Shown here: positions 25,414 to 39,215 of the stretch, one piece after another
How positions within the stretch are numbered: position 1 is the stretch's first letter
Layout: each line of letters starts with the position of its first letter
Notes under the pieces: generated by a model
Databases searched by the model: none
What the model saw: only the letters and a program-made list of their open reading frames with translations
Told to the model about the DNA's origin: nothing
Origin: Diadema antillarum
Taxonomy: Eukaryota
Assembly: GCF_040938485.1 (NCBI RefSeq)
Contig: NW_027271782.1
Span: forward strand, 620,001-684,000
Direction: 5' to 3'
DNA: 64,000 nucleotides
Program-made: the position numbers and the translations under genes

Positions 25414-26532
25414 TAATCAATTTATTCATTCATTTATTTATTCATTTATCTATCTATTTATCTACTTATTTGTTTGTTATTCATTAATTTATCTGTTTGG
25501 CGATTCAACATAAAGTACAAACAGAGAGTCATATTACACGATATAAAGAATGTGGTGATCCTGTGTGCTTATCGCTGGTTGCCACGGGAGGAAAACACAA
25601 ACTTGATCGACGAGGCTCGAGGCCTTCATGAAATAAACTTTGAATTATTCTTATAATTAGAATTGTATGCTCTTTCATATATTTCATAGGTGTTTTCTCA
25701 ATTTCATACAAATATGAAAACCAGAAGTTCCATTACCACCAAAACTATACCATCCTTTTAAAATCAAGCCTCTTAGTCGTAGGTAGCAATTTAAAACAGG
25801 TTGTTGAGAATATGGAGCATGGATAACTGTTTAGACAAAGCTATCAAGTGAAAAAAAAATTAGCAGAGTCAAAGAAATTAATGTCACTCTCAGAAGCCAA
25901 ATGATGCAACAGTAAGTCAGTTATGGCAATTCAAATTGCAATGTGTATGCTTTTCTTTAACTTGTCAGGGTGGCATAAATGCATAACTTAGGACACAAGA
26001 TACTAGAGGATATATCGGATACATAAACATGACACGTGAGAAGAATCCATGGTCTAAGGAACCGCAATCCAGCAGGGGCCCTCGAACCAGGCCGCGAGAC
26101 CACACTTTCCGCTGCCATTCTCAGCTTCGATGGGCCACATCCTTGTGCGTGCCAAGATGTAGCCAGTACCTGGAAGGGGGTGGGGGGGGGAGGGGGAGGG
26201 GGGGGGGAAGGAGGGGGAGGGGGATAGAAGTTTGGAGCAGCAGCTTCGGTGCTCATTTTCTTTCCTTATGAGATAATGAGACTGATCTTCTAAACTTGTC
26301 CTGTGCTTTGCAGATACCGATTGCATGAATCTTGAGGTAAGATCCCTTCATATCTCCACCTGCTTGCCCGAGACGTCTGCCACCTTGTAGGGCTGCGTAT
26401 TGCAGAGTTCGCTACCACTGTCATCGGGAATCGCCATTTTCATAGTCTCCTAAAGCCTGATGGAAGCACGCGTACACGTACTCACACCATATAAATAGTT
26501 TTTACAATGCACCTCACCCAACCATTCTATCT

Positions 26533-27139
26533 TTAAAGAGGAATTCCAGTCCAGTTATAAGTTAGTCTGATAAGAAAGAGTAAAATCTTACGAGTGCACA
26601 ACAATGAGAACTTGATCAACATTGGTTTAAGATCGGGGAAGTTATGAAATTGTGTCATACATTAATTTTGATATATGAATACGCAAATGAGTGAGCTGGT
26701 GATATTATTTTCCATTGATCGTGTACAAAAAAAAATTAACGATTATTATTAAAGTTATTGAAGTGTATAACATGATGTTATTCCTGGTTGAATAACTTCA
26801 GAACAATTATCACTTAGGTATATGGAGATTTGGGACTGGGGCGTAATTGCATTTGAACAAAAACTAGGGTAAAGATGTAATATACAAAATATATAGGACA
26901 AATTGTGAGGGAATGATATCATCACTCCACTATTTGCGTATTCATTTTTGACTGTTCAAGAACTGCCCCCACCCCCCCCCCCCCCACCCCACCAAAAAAA
27001 TTTAAAGATTGTGAAAATTTAAAAATATCAGTATTTCCTTACTTTTAGCCCGGTTTTGATCAAGTTTTCAATGTTGTGCTCAGAAATGTTTTGTCCTTCT
27101 TTACAGACTAACTTTCAACTGCACTGGGATTCCCTTTAT
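26533..27139. mobile_element. Kolobok-type MITE, family K2, with long (~120 bp) imperfect TIRs
   Basis: Left end TTAA-AGAGGAATTCCAGTCCAGTT...AAGTTAGTCTG...AACTTGATCAA is mirrored at the right end (TTGATCAAGTTT...CAGACTAACTTT...GGGATTCCCT-TTAT). Confidence 0.75.
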
Positions 27140-28782
27140 AACGAACGGTGGACAATCCGATCTATGTCAAGCGCAGGTTACCACGCGACTCCGAGTTGCT
27201 GGTGCGTACCCCCCCCCCCCCCCCCCCCCTCCTCTCCCAATCCTCCTACCTCCTGCACGGACCTAGAGAGTGAAAGAGATGAAGTTTGATTGCTGCCCTT
27301 GTTTTTCGCCGGGGTCTTCGCTGAAGCTTTGGACCCACTTAAGGATACCATCCATTGACTACGTCCGTGTCCGGTTATCACGACGTGAAAAGTGTGCCTT
27401 CTAGGAGCGATGTGTATGTCTCCGGGCGAAATAGGCGCAACGACGAGTCTGCATTGTTGGAAGACAAGAACGAAGGGGAGAGCAATAAAGAGAGAGAGAA
27501 ACAAAGAAAGGAGAGATCCGGGAAGAAAGACGGAAGAGTGGTGTACAGGAGAATGAGTGCAAGATAGGAGGGGGAAGAGAGAGGGAGATGGGAGAGAGAG
27601 GAAGTGGTTAGCGTGAAGTAAAAAGAAAAGAGAACTTGAAAGACGAAGGAAACACAGCGTTCGACAGTGAGGAAAGAAGTTCAAAAGAAGTAACGTGACA
27701 ATCGTTGAAAATGATTGTGACAAGCTTTTTTGTTTTTCTTTTTGTCTTTACCCTGCACTTCTATTTTTGCATTGATGGAACTCTCCAAAAAGGTGGTCTA
27801 AAAAATTATATCGACTCCGTGGTTTTGGTGGAACATCTTGCTGGTGACGATGCGTGCCGCATGGGCGCTACGCTAAATGGCATAGATCCTTTAAAAGTCA
27901 TGGGGCGTGCCCAGACATCTTAAACATGGCATAAAATCAATTACATCTACTTATGTCTTTTCCACAATTTAGGGCACTATTTCTGAATCCAGTGTTATGA
28001 GAGATGGTATGGCAAAAACAAAAACAACAATACAGCAGAGTGACGTAAATACTATCTTAAGGCAAAGTATTGGCATTGAGAATAGTGCCACTGCACTCTC
28101 TCTTTAATATTGACAGCTTTTTCATTTTTAAAAGCAGGTGAAATGAATTCAGAAGAAGAAATTCTTAGATATGCTTTTTATCAAAATCATACCTGAAAAA
28201 AGAGAGTGTTATCGGATTTCGAATATCCGAAGTTTAGAATATTTGGCTAAATAGCGACCTTATGCTATAAAGGTAAAAAAATAAAAGGATCAATAGATAA
28301 TGAATGTCTTCAATTCTCATCGGTATAATCCCTGCGATTGTTTGAACGAATACTTGGCACAGGTTATTCTGATCGATAGCACTGTCCGTCAATGTAACTT
28401 GATTATATCTCTTAGTTTTACACTGCAAAGCTTGTTTTACGAGATTTGGGCATCTGGACTGTCATCATTTGATTTGATTTGATTTGATTGATTTATTCTC
28501 CGTATGGCATCATTTACATTTTTTTTATCAATGTAATAAAACATACAACAAATGTGATACTCAATATAGCTAGTTTCTACAATTTCAACAATTTTTGATT
28601 ATACATACATTGTATAGTGATGCATTGTTGAAGACCCGAATTCCTGTTATGAACTGCTTCACACATGCAGATTATACAAGCTTAGAGAGACAATATTAAA
28701 ACGTCATCAAGCAAGTCAAAACAATAACAATAAGATGTACGTTGATGCTTTGTTTGATTCATTGTGCTCTGCTTTAGTGGCA

Positions 28783-28959
28783 NNNNNNNNNNNNNNNNNN
28801 NNNNNNNNNNNNNNNNNNNNNNNNNNNNNNNNNNNNNNNNNNNNNNNNNNNNNNNNNNNNNNNNNNNNNNNNNNNNNNNNNNNNNNNNNNNNNNNNNNNN
28901 NNNNNNNNNNNNNNNNNNNNNNNNNNNNNNNNNNNNNNNNNNNNNNNNNNNNNNNNNNN
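28783..28959. other. N run (gap or hard-masked repeat), 177 nt
   Basis: Direct reading. Confidence 0.95.
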
Positions 28960-31606
28960 TTTAGACATCCATATATCACGCCTTTCTATCCAATAAGAAA
29001 ACAAGAATGTGCGAAAGTGGATTTACGCCGTGTAGGAAAGCAGCTAATTCTCCTGGATCACAGATGAATCACCAACATCATCATCCCCTCTCTCCCTCTT
29101 TGTTGTGGCATGCCACCATGTTCCAATGAGATGCGTCGAGGGAGGATAGAAAAGAGTAAGGCTAGTTCGGCCTGTCATCACGATGTAGTCTTTTTAAAGA
29201 GGTACTCAGAGAGTTTCTTTTTATATCTCAAACGTGAGAGGGCTATATCCCTCGGGAAGAGCACAGTGCCGGTTGATTGCGCGGAAGATGATTACATTTT
29301 CCGCCGTTTTAGACACGACGTAAATTGGTGGCGAAAACCAAACAAGATATGCATGCGGGACATATAAGATGCGAAAAGATGCAGGTTCAAGAAAAATGGA
29401 TGTGTTTATAGCCTACACTTGGCAGGCCGTTGAAACGATATACATGTAGTCATGCTGGCTTCTAGTTTGCCTTCTTTTTTCGAAAGCTGAATGGCTTGAG
29501 CCATTACCTGCTTGTCAAACGTATGAAACGCATGATACCATCACGTGCCAAAGGCGTGATACCGAAGGGACCTTTTCACCTTTTTCTTTTTCATTGAGCC
29601 ATGGCGAACTATGGGAATGTTCATCGCTAATTATCATCTGCACGAGATGGGGGTCACGTGATCCTTCAGCCATCGTATCCCCAGGCTTGCATGTTTGGTA
29701 ATTGTTCTCCAAGGAACTGTGTTGTTCTATAAATGGCAAGTAATAGCCTTCCCGGGGGGTAATGTCCGTAGGAGTGAACATGTCCAAGGTATCCTGTTGA
29801 CCAAACAACATGCAAGTTCGGTATCTCCTTGTATTGGCGCCATCAGAATGTGCAGGGTAGCGCCATTTAATGCTTTTCATAATGTATGTGTGGTCAATTA
29901 CCTATTCAAAGTTAGCACTAGCAATAAATGAATAATGTAAGGCATATAGTTAATGACTAAACCACCGAATGTTATGCCTTCTGCAGGATAATATTTATCC
30001 GTTTCATATCATATCAAATTTTGAGTTTAGTGGCACATAGCGACGAATGTGTATTCCCGCCCATTAAATGAAGTAAAATATATCTTGGTGTTTGTGAAAA
30101 AAAAAATCGACGCTTGTGTATGTGTGCTTATTACAATGTAATGATAATTGTCGTGTGTTGAGTAACGAGTATGCTTATTGACTTTACCCTTTATCCGTCT
30201 TTCAACTAGTGAAGCACGATTAGCATCCATTTATTTTTCAGGTGTAGTTTTTCCTAAAAAGGAATAACATATATCCACACAGGGAAGGTAGCCTAAAAAT
30301 TATTTTCAGGCGACTTAATTAAACATGGTTAACTCAGGTAGGCCCTATTTTTGTGTGTGTGTGTGTTATATTGACGCTCTCGTAAAGTATGTCTATTTAC
30401 CAATGACGGGGTTAAGTGAAAATTGTATTCTGTCTTTGTCTCTCGACGGAAAAACAAAATGCTGACAATCCTGGCATCGAAATGTTACCCATCATGAATC
30501 ATGTTGCTGCGTCTAAGTGGTGGTGACATTTGATACCTCAGCCCTTCAATTCATTTGTAGAAAACGAATGTTCTCTTAAGACGCTGCGAAAGTTGGTTTC
30601 TCATGAAAATGTCAAGAGACGTCTCCTTTTTCTGTGCTACACTTGCAAGTTAGATTCACTTTTTGCACTGAAAACAGCAAAGAAGCCCAGGTTCAATTCT
30701 CGGAGGAAAGTGAGAAAAAAAAAGGTGCCTGGTTGTGGCAACAGCTTGTTCGTCTCGCAAGAAAGACAAACTGTCATATTTGATTGCTCCAAGTACAAAA
30801 TCATTCCTGGAGGGAAAAGTCGGCGGTACATCTCAACATCCTTCGCTCGAATGGCGACGCATATGGCAAATGGACTATAAGCAAGGCGGATATCTTCTTC
30901 TTTTTTCGGGGGAAAACAAAACTTGGTCATGTTGGTGTTATATAGATACTGTCACCGTTGGGGATTTGTGTGATAAATGCAATGTATGGATTTGAGGTAT
31001 TTTGCGAGAATAAGGCTCTTCCGGTACCTCCAACTGACTGATGAGAATGGATTCCAATCCGTCTGGAACCGACTGGATTTGTCGCCCACCGACTACACTG
31101 CCAATGAAACATTTCGACAATCATTCATACGAATCTTTCTTTCACTCCATAAATCATGATGCCTCGGTTCTGCATGTAGGATGGTACTCTGAGCTACATT
31201 GCTCGCTTCAAAGAGGTTTTGATAAGTTGGACTATGGCTTTGTGTTTCTTTTAACTTTTATTAACCCGTTCCATACTGAATTCTGAAATCCCCATAGACT
31301 TAATACACAAACCACCAGGTTCCCAAAGTGAATGGGTTAAGAGCAGGATTAAGGAACGCTGTAATCGACCTATTATTTTGTGCAACTGAGAACTATTTGG
31401 CAGGGCCCTCTGGTATTCATAGAGCAGTGATAATACTGAAGAGACTACCCTGGATAAAAGAGACCGTATTGTTATCATTTCTACAAGCCGTATTTGAGGA
31501 TCAACCCCCGTCATTCTTGATAGGTTTAAGTTACACGTTGACCGCTCGGTTTTACATGACCTTATTCAGTGCAACGCAGTTCTTTTTTGTGTGTGTGTCC
31601 GCAGTT

Positions 31607-31719
31607 TGTTGTCGTTGTTGCTGTTGTTGTTGTTGTTGTCGTTGTCGTTGTCGTCGTCGTTGTTGCTTTTGCTATCAGTGTTGTTGTTGTTGTTGTTGTT
31701 GTGTGTGTGTGTGTGTGTC

Positions 31720-31756
<37 letters not shown>

Positions 31757-31757
31757 A
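31607..31757. repeat. Compound microsatellite (GTT)n/(GTC)n/(GT)n/(GTAT)n
   Basis: Direct reading. The poly-Cys/Val/Asn ORFs are artefacts. Confidence 0.9.
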
Positions 31758-34700
31758 ACTGAGAGAAAAGGTGGGAGAGAAATATATCCTACAGTCCCTT
31801 AATGTTGAGAAAGACCAATCCATTTTGAAGAAGTTGTTGCGAATCTCTACAGGTGGAAAAAGTCAAAGTGAGTTTACACAAGGACGCGGAAAGTGTATGG
31901 GGATCAAAAAAACTATGTAAATTGTTCGACGCATACAATGTAATCCTGTAGATTTGTGGGGAAAATGGTGATAAATGACAGCAATATGTCATGGAAGAAC
32001 AAAAAAAAAAGGTACACCATGACTGGGGTGGCGCACGCGCATAAGATAGTAACACCACCTTCATTCATGAATGGCGAAGAATATCAAAAGAGTGATGAAG
32101 AAAACATAGAGGCATTGAAAGGCATGGGGACGGCGGGAAATCGTTAACAAGAAAATCGAGGGAGAGTGAGCTCAGTTGGTTATGTAGTATAACAAGGATG
32201 AATTGCCTTTTCACGCAGGTCTCAAACTTGAACGCGGGCGATTTCGTTTGGACGTAAAGTACGGAAAGAAGGAAGCCTCTAAATTGAGTATGCGCTCGTT
32301 CAAATGTCACGTGTTATGAAGACAAATCCGCGGATGAGGCTTTAAGTCGACAGCCATGAATATCCATTCAGAAGAACTAAAATGGAATTCATTTCATCAC
32401 CCAAATATCAGTGAACTCGCATACTAGGAAAATGACCTTTTCGCTGCATTATAGGCACTTTACTTTATACAAAACTGAAGGAGTACCATGGATCAATATG
32501 TTTCGAATCCTTTTTCAGATCCAAACAGAAATGTAGCGTGAAACTTTTTGTTTCCCCTCTACTCACTTTATCGCTTTACGACAGCAAGCTCTTTTATTTC
32601 ATTCATTTTCATGTCTTAAAAAGCTCGTTCAGTCTTTACTGTTGTGTTTTTTACCTTGTTTTCGGCATGTATTTTTGTCTCTGCGTGTATTGTGCATGTT
32701 CGTGTATACGTCTGTGTGTTTTGCTGTGTTCAGTTATCCGAACTGTAAGGAGTCAGTGACGTGATTTACGTCAAATCAATATCACCATCATGGGCGAGAG
32801 AGGGAGGGGAGCAGATGCCGTTGCCCTCACTATCCATTTGATGATAAAAAGCTCAGCTCAGCGTGAATCCAATCAATTATACCTTCTCATGAAACATTCC
32901 AGCTTTATACTCTATATCTAACTCTATCGCCTCCCGGCCTATCCTCCACTTTTGTGTCATACACAACACCATCTGATATCATTGTTTTCGGCTGACATAG
33001 AACCAGCATAAACGTATCCTGTGTGATATCTTAATCAATGTGTACCAAATAAGTTGCTATGTTGAACCACATATCATAGACAAGAGGAAAACTATATTTC
33101 ATTATAATAATTCAAAAGGTTTACGCATCTAATCTCTCGGCGCGAAAAAAAAAATCATTCTGTAAAAAAGTTTATAAAGTCGTTAAAAATACCAAAAGAA
33201 AACAACGAGCGGACAAAACAAAGCAAAATAAGATAAACAAACAAAAAAAAAAGAAATCGGCAATTCACACAGGGAACTTTCATAGGTTGGGGATGATCAT
33301 ACAATAGACAATGATAGAAATATAGGTTTCTACCAACCTTTAGCAATTCGTTGGAGAGCTTTCAACCTTTCCTGTATACTTTCTTAAACCGAGGAGAAAC
33401 AGTATCACTGCTTGGCTTGAAAAGGTCCATAGGAGCGGATATAAGCTCGCCAACCCCCCCCCCCCTCCCAAAAAAAAAAAAAACCTGATACAGGTTAGTA
33501 GAAGAGTAAATTCTATTGTAAACACTAGCAAAAGGTCTAAAGTACCTCTCAGAAAAGCAGGTCATGAAAACTCATACAAGCAGATATCTAAGGGGCAAAG
33601 ACATCAATAAATGCAATGTTTTGCTCCCATCCCAGCCCTCCCCCCCCCCCCACACACACACACTTACACCCACACTCTCATTCTCATTCTGATATTGAGG
33701 GATGTGATGATTAGTAGGTTTAGCGTCTAGCCAAGTTGCGCAGTTTTCCCAGTAGAGGAACACAAGAGGTCGCTCTTTACAAAAATTGTAAATACATCTG
33801 GAAAGTTTAACCTCCATGGAGCAAGCACAGAAAAGGTAACGGAAGCCCCCGCGGTCCACTGACCTACACGCTCAAGTGACTCCTGGCTGTTTCGACATTA
33901 ATTCTCGATAAAAGTGTTTGGACAATGATCACGCCAAAGTTGTTAATTATTCACCATGCAATCTATCACGGCTATAATAATACAAATGACCAAATGGGGT
34001 ACCTTGATTAACGGATTGAGGTGGTAACTTTCATAGGGGAGTTAATGTCACTTTAATGGTGACGCCTTCTATTTGGGGGCAAATCGTGGAAATCAATCGT
34101 GAGGAACAGCATGTTTTATTGCATACTTTAATGTACTTACCTTGAACTCTGATAATATAGGACTCGACATTGTGATGTCTTTTTTATAATTTGAGACAAA
34201 AACTTTTCAAAATGTTACTTTATCAATGTATCTAAGACGTCAAATTGTTGTAATCAATCAATATCTGTGTCACTGTGGTCAGTCACTATGTGTCACGCGC
34301 ATTCATTCTACAAGATGGACATAATCATAACTAATACAATAACACAATAGCATGTAACATAAAGAAATATTTGTGGTGAGAAAACGTCATATCATACCTA
34401 ATAGTCGCTCAAAAATATGTTGTTGTTGTTTTTTTTTCAATAAAGCTTACTGCTGAAAAAAAAAGTTATCAACATACACTTTTGTATGAACATCGAGACC
34501 AACATGAATGGTACCTTGGTGATTCTGTTTAAAGTGAAAAAAAAAATGTTTTAAAAGATACGAATGGATGGCAAACATTTGATGAGGTGCAACAGATCTA
34601 ATAAGCAATTGTGAAATCCGAATATGTCCGTGTCATCAATGCTGAAAGAACAAATCTAGGAAATTCCGATTCATTTTCTTAAGTTCAGAGCGAGTATTAT

Positions 34701-35129
34701 ACCTCTGGTATCTGACAAGAACAGAACTAAAGCTTTTGTTTCATCAATATGCCGGATGTTGTGAATTTCTTCAACTTTCTCACAAAAAAAAACCAAGATT
34801 GTGCTTAAACTAATAGTTATATTAGTAAAGATCTATTTCCACTATAATATGGCAGTCACAATGAATATAATGAATATAATTTGAATATCAAATCATACGC
34901 GTGATAGTAATTACAATGAATGTTGTACATTTCAAAATATTCATATAGTTTACACTTGACTTTAAACCTGCTTTAGTAAAGTTGAATTGGAGATCCGCTA
35001 CACATCATAATATCATGCACTGCTTGCGAAAAAGCGTTCTCAAACTGATATCTTTAAAGGAAAATCTCAAGTACAGTGGAATCTGTGTTTATGGAAATCT
35101 AGGAAGAATACTCTGTGATCATTGTAGAC

Positions 35130-35400
35130 AGAAGATGCCCGTTATTCCGAAGGTTCGTTGATAAGAAAATGAAATAAGGTTCGTTATTTCGAGGGTTCAT
35201 TATTCCGAAACACACATGCATAGATGTTCGTTAATTCGAAAATGAAGTAGAATTCGTTAATTCAAACAATATTGTGGCGTTATTCCGAAGGTTTGCTCAT
35301 CCGAAAAATGACGTAAGGTTCGTAATTCTGGAGTTTAGTCCATCCGCAAACGTAATAAGATTCGTTATTCCCAAGGTTCGTAAATCCGAAATGGTGCCTG
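35130..35400. repeat. TTCGGAATAACGAACC-family repeat, left-type half
   Basis: Repeated GTTATTCCGAAGGTTCG motifs. Confidence 0.6.
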
Positions 35401-36089
35401 TGATGTGTAAAGGGTGTTATTATTGTTAACATGATTAAGACAGAGTCTTGAGAGTGAGACGTTTATCTGTAAGTTGTTTGAGTACCTCATGAATTTGAGG
35501 AAGTTCTTTAATGCCTTACGATTAAAACTATGTTTGAAAGTAATATTTAGAACGTAGCTACGGCATAACCCCATGTGAGCATTCCTGGATGAGGCTAAAA
35601 GAATCTGTTCGAAAAGAGGGCAACAGATAGCTGCCCCAACCGTAAGTCCGGAGTCACAACCCAAGGGGACATCAACTTGCTGCTTATAATTATCATAGCA
35701 TCGTCAAACACAAATTACTATTCTGTTGCTCTCTGTCAGAGGTACATGTTCGAGGTCAGGAAAGGAAAAGCAATCAATTACGAAGGCAGCCTCTAATGCT
35801 GACACTAAGTCAAGTTAGCAGTGCTATTCTTTCTGCATTATTTAGTGCTATCTTTTGTTAACGCACACGGGAAGGTCGATTGGTATAAGGAGACGTATAT
35901 GTTTTGAGAGAAGAAAGGGGGCTGTCCCCATATTCATTCTAAATAAAACTGAACTTAAACATACATCCTTATGGGATAACATTACTTTTCATTCTTCCAC
36001 TATTCTTTGAAAGAAATAAGGTATGTAATTCTGAAGGTTCAGTAGTACCCACTTATTTTTTTTTTCACTTTCTTTTATTAAGGAGACGT

Positions 36090-36266
36090 CCGAATAACAA
36101 ACCCTTTTTCTTTTATTTCGGTTTATCGAAGCTTTGGAATAAAGAATATTACTTCATTTTAGGAATAATGAAGGCCACAAACATCCAGGTATACGGATTT
36201 CGTGTGTTCGAAACAACGAATCTTTTTCGGATTTACGAACCTTCGGAATTGGAACGAACATCGCCC
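36090..36266. repeat. TTCGGAATAACGAACC-family repeat, right-type half ending GAACATCGCCC
   Basis: Same terminus as 5240 (GAACATCACCC). Confidence 0.6.
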
Positions 36267-36399
36267 TCTCTTGGCGTACACCAAGGATGACGATGTGTTC
36301 AATTCCTGGATGCCAGAATGCTAAAACCAGGATAACATTGAGAGACAGCGGATAGATGTCAATAATACATGTACCTAATTTGTTTAAGAAGCATAAGTA

Positions 36400-37055
36400 T
36401 CTGTAGAGGTTTTGACATTGCACTAACACAAGATATTTTGGAATATATGAACAACAACAAAGAAAAAAGAAGAAGAAAAAAGGGGAATGATTGATTTTAA
36501 GCAGGTATTTCATACAATAGAATTTGAGTTTATAAAAAAATGCCTGAATGCATTTAAGGTTGGTAAAGAATTTTGTTGCAGATTGAAATGGTGTAAACAA
36601 ATGTAGTCAGCTTAGTGTTAGTTAATGGATGGAAAACGAGAACCATATTTTCTCTAAAGGGGGCATTAGACAGGGTTGTCCACTCTCAGTATTGTTATTT
36701 ATTTTAGCAGGTGAAATATAATTATGACAGATAAGATAAGAAAAATTGTAACATTAGAGGGATTTAAATTCTATAAATTTGCTAGGCAATAAGTACATGA
36801 CACCTGCACTTATGCATGCCTTATCTTATGAAGGAATTAGATCTGTTTCGTAAAGTAGCTGGCCCGGTGTTGAAAAAAAGTGAAATATGTTTGAAATGGC
36901 TCGATCTGTTAGGACAATGATGGAATTTTGATAAGTACAGTTCGAGGTGGGAGATTGATTATATAATCTCACTCTAATTGAGAGGGTGACTATTATCACA
37001 TCGTTGTTATAATATTTCGCAAATGATTTATCTCCATAAGTTTTGCTCAGTTCCC

Positions 37056-37103
<48 letters not shown>

Positions 37104-37370
37104 GAAAGGAATGTTAATGATTGTTTTTAATGGAATTATGAACTTGATGTGGTTAAGAGAGAAATAGTTGTTAAAGATTGTATTCAAGGAGGAATGAAAA
37201 TTGTACAGCCTTTTAAAATGATACAAAGTTTTAGGTCGAGATGGTAAGACTTGGATTGCTCTATAATGGTTATTGGAAGAGTGCTGTATACATGGCATCA
37301 ACATCATTTTGAAGAACTCGGGGGGTCTGAAATTACTTGTGAATTGTTCCATATACAGATTTTAAAATCT
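36400..37370 (+). mobile_element. Decayed Tx1/L1-clade LINE RT fragments
   Basis: Broken frames read LTQDILEY, MIDFKQVFHTIEFEFIKKCLNAF, VLVNGW, KGGIRQGCPLSVLLFILAGEI, KIRKNCNIRGI, then WNYELDVVKREIVVKDCIQGGMKI and FEELGGLKLLVNC. Interrupted by (TA)n at 37058-37100. Confidence 0.75.
37058..37100. repeat. (TA)n microsatellite
   Basis: Direct reading. Confidence 0.95.
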
Positions 37371-38163
37371 CTGTGACATACATTTTCATTCTGTGATTAA
37401 GTCTGGATCCTTGAATGTAGTCTGGTTTCCAGACCCCTTGCCAACCGCAGTCCCTACCACAAAATATGCCCTCAACAAATTGCTCAACTCGGACCATGGA
37501 GGTAAAACCTCCATGCTCGGACGAAGCAGCCGCCCATGACTTAGTCGCAGGCAAACATGCAGGGCTGTCCAGCTCAAAGTTCTATTTTTTCGTCGGCAGA
37601 GGGCGTTAATATTCTGAGAAGTAAATGTACAAGCAAATGGTTGGGAAGCCAGGCCATAATTAAAGAGCATAGTTATATAGGCCTACTCTTTGATCCAGAA
37701 TACGTTGAATATTGAGTGTGGACAACTTTCTGTCTACAGGGCATCTGGGATGATGACACACTTATCATAATTTCATTCAGTATGCATGTAATTCAGTTCG
37801 ATTTTATTGTCCATTACTGGAAATTTTGTTTTGTATGCATGCATGCATGGAACTCATCGGTACTACATGGAATGCATATACCTCACATGCAGAACACGGT
37901 TGACTGGTTACATCATAGATACATAGACACACAAGAGATATACAACAATAATGATGTATCAATATTAACGTGAGGGATAGGTGACATCTGAGGGAACATC
38001 AAACCGCACTGAGTCAAAATCGTGTAGAGCATAATGTGCGTGTATGCAGGCGTGTAAATGTTCGCCAGATTTGATGACTATATGTAAGAGTTTTCAAAGG
38101 TGTTATGAGTGAGTGTATTTTGGTGTCTATATGTGTGATTACATAAAAGATTTTGAAGGTTAT

Positions 38164-38165
<2 letters not shown>

Positions 38166-38212
<47 letters not shown>
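38166..38212. repeat. (GT)n microsatellite
   Basis: Direct reading. Confidence 0.95.
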
Positions 38213-38215
<3 letters not shown>

Positions 38216-38926
38216 GGGTTTGTATGTCTGTGAATGTAAATAAAATTGGGTGCATATAATTAGACTGAAGTGTATGCCACTTACGGTCATCATCATTCTC
38301 ATACTGCATCAAATTACAAAATGAGCAAAACAGTGGTAATGATTAATATGCAAATTTCAAAATTCATATGAATATACAAATATTATCATATGAATCTTTA
38401 AAGAACTACTTCAATTATACTTTCATGTGAAAAAAAAACCGCAAATACCCCTACTGACGCAATTGTCCACTGAAACTGAATCATTTGATGCAATTATATT
38501 AAAAAAAATAACTTATGCACGTTCTTCATTTGACTTTTGGCCAAGTCCTCATGGAGCCTTTCCATGCCTGTTCCAAAAGAATCTACATGCTCTTTGAATC
38601 AAATTGTGGTATTCTGGACGCGTTGGCAGGCACAGTGTATCGTATATACACCATAATATCTATAGCCAATGGTCGCAGTTGGGTAACTTGATGACGAACG
38701 GTTTAAGAGACTTAAACAGCAAAATTAAATCAGCACAGCAATCCCTGAAACAGTTGGATGCTCATTTTGAATGAAAACACGACGATCTGCCGTGCCATGA
38801 TGGCCGCCCGTCTGTCCTACACTCAAACAATGGAATGCTCGTGAATAAGGCAGCCATTCCTTTCATCATAAAACTCTGACTGGAATTTCCTCACAAAGAA
38901 AGAGAGAGAAAAAAAATGGAGAGGGC

Positions 38927-38960
<34 letters not shown>

Positions 38961-39180
38961 ATCATACTGCTTGCTGCTTGGCGACGTGGTTCCACAAATA
39001 GCGGTTGAAAATCCAACAACCAGGAAATAAGAAATTCAAATGATATCCTGGCAGATAAAGTATACTCTGATTGGTCAACGGAAACTTTGTGATTGTTTTG
39101 CAATGCAACAGCTAATGCCATTATTATTTGAGCTAAGAAAAAAAAAATCCTCTAAAACATGTATTCTATATAATTTCCAT

Positions 39181-39215
<35 letters not shown>

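Noticed and set aside
26350-26445. Minus-strand PYKVADVSGKQVEI, reminiscent of the AHCY N-terminus
   Set aside because: Needs a gap, is followed by a stop and shows no further similarity; likely chance.
27178-27723. 181-aa minus-strand ORF
   Set aside because: Mostly translation of GA-rich and poly-C low-complexity DNA; no domain recognised.
37406-37660. TAGTCTGGTTTCCAGACC terminus with hairpin CATGGAGG/CCTCCATG
   Set aside because: The putative opposite TIR is too degenerate and there is no TSD.
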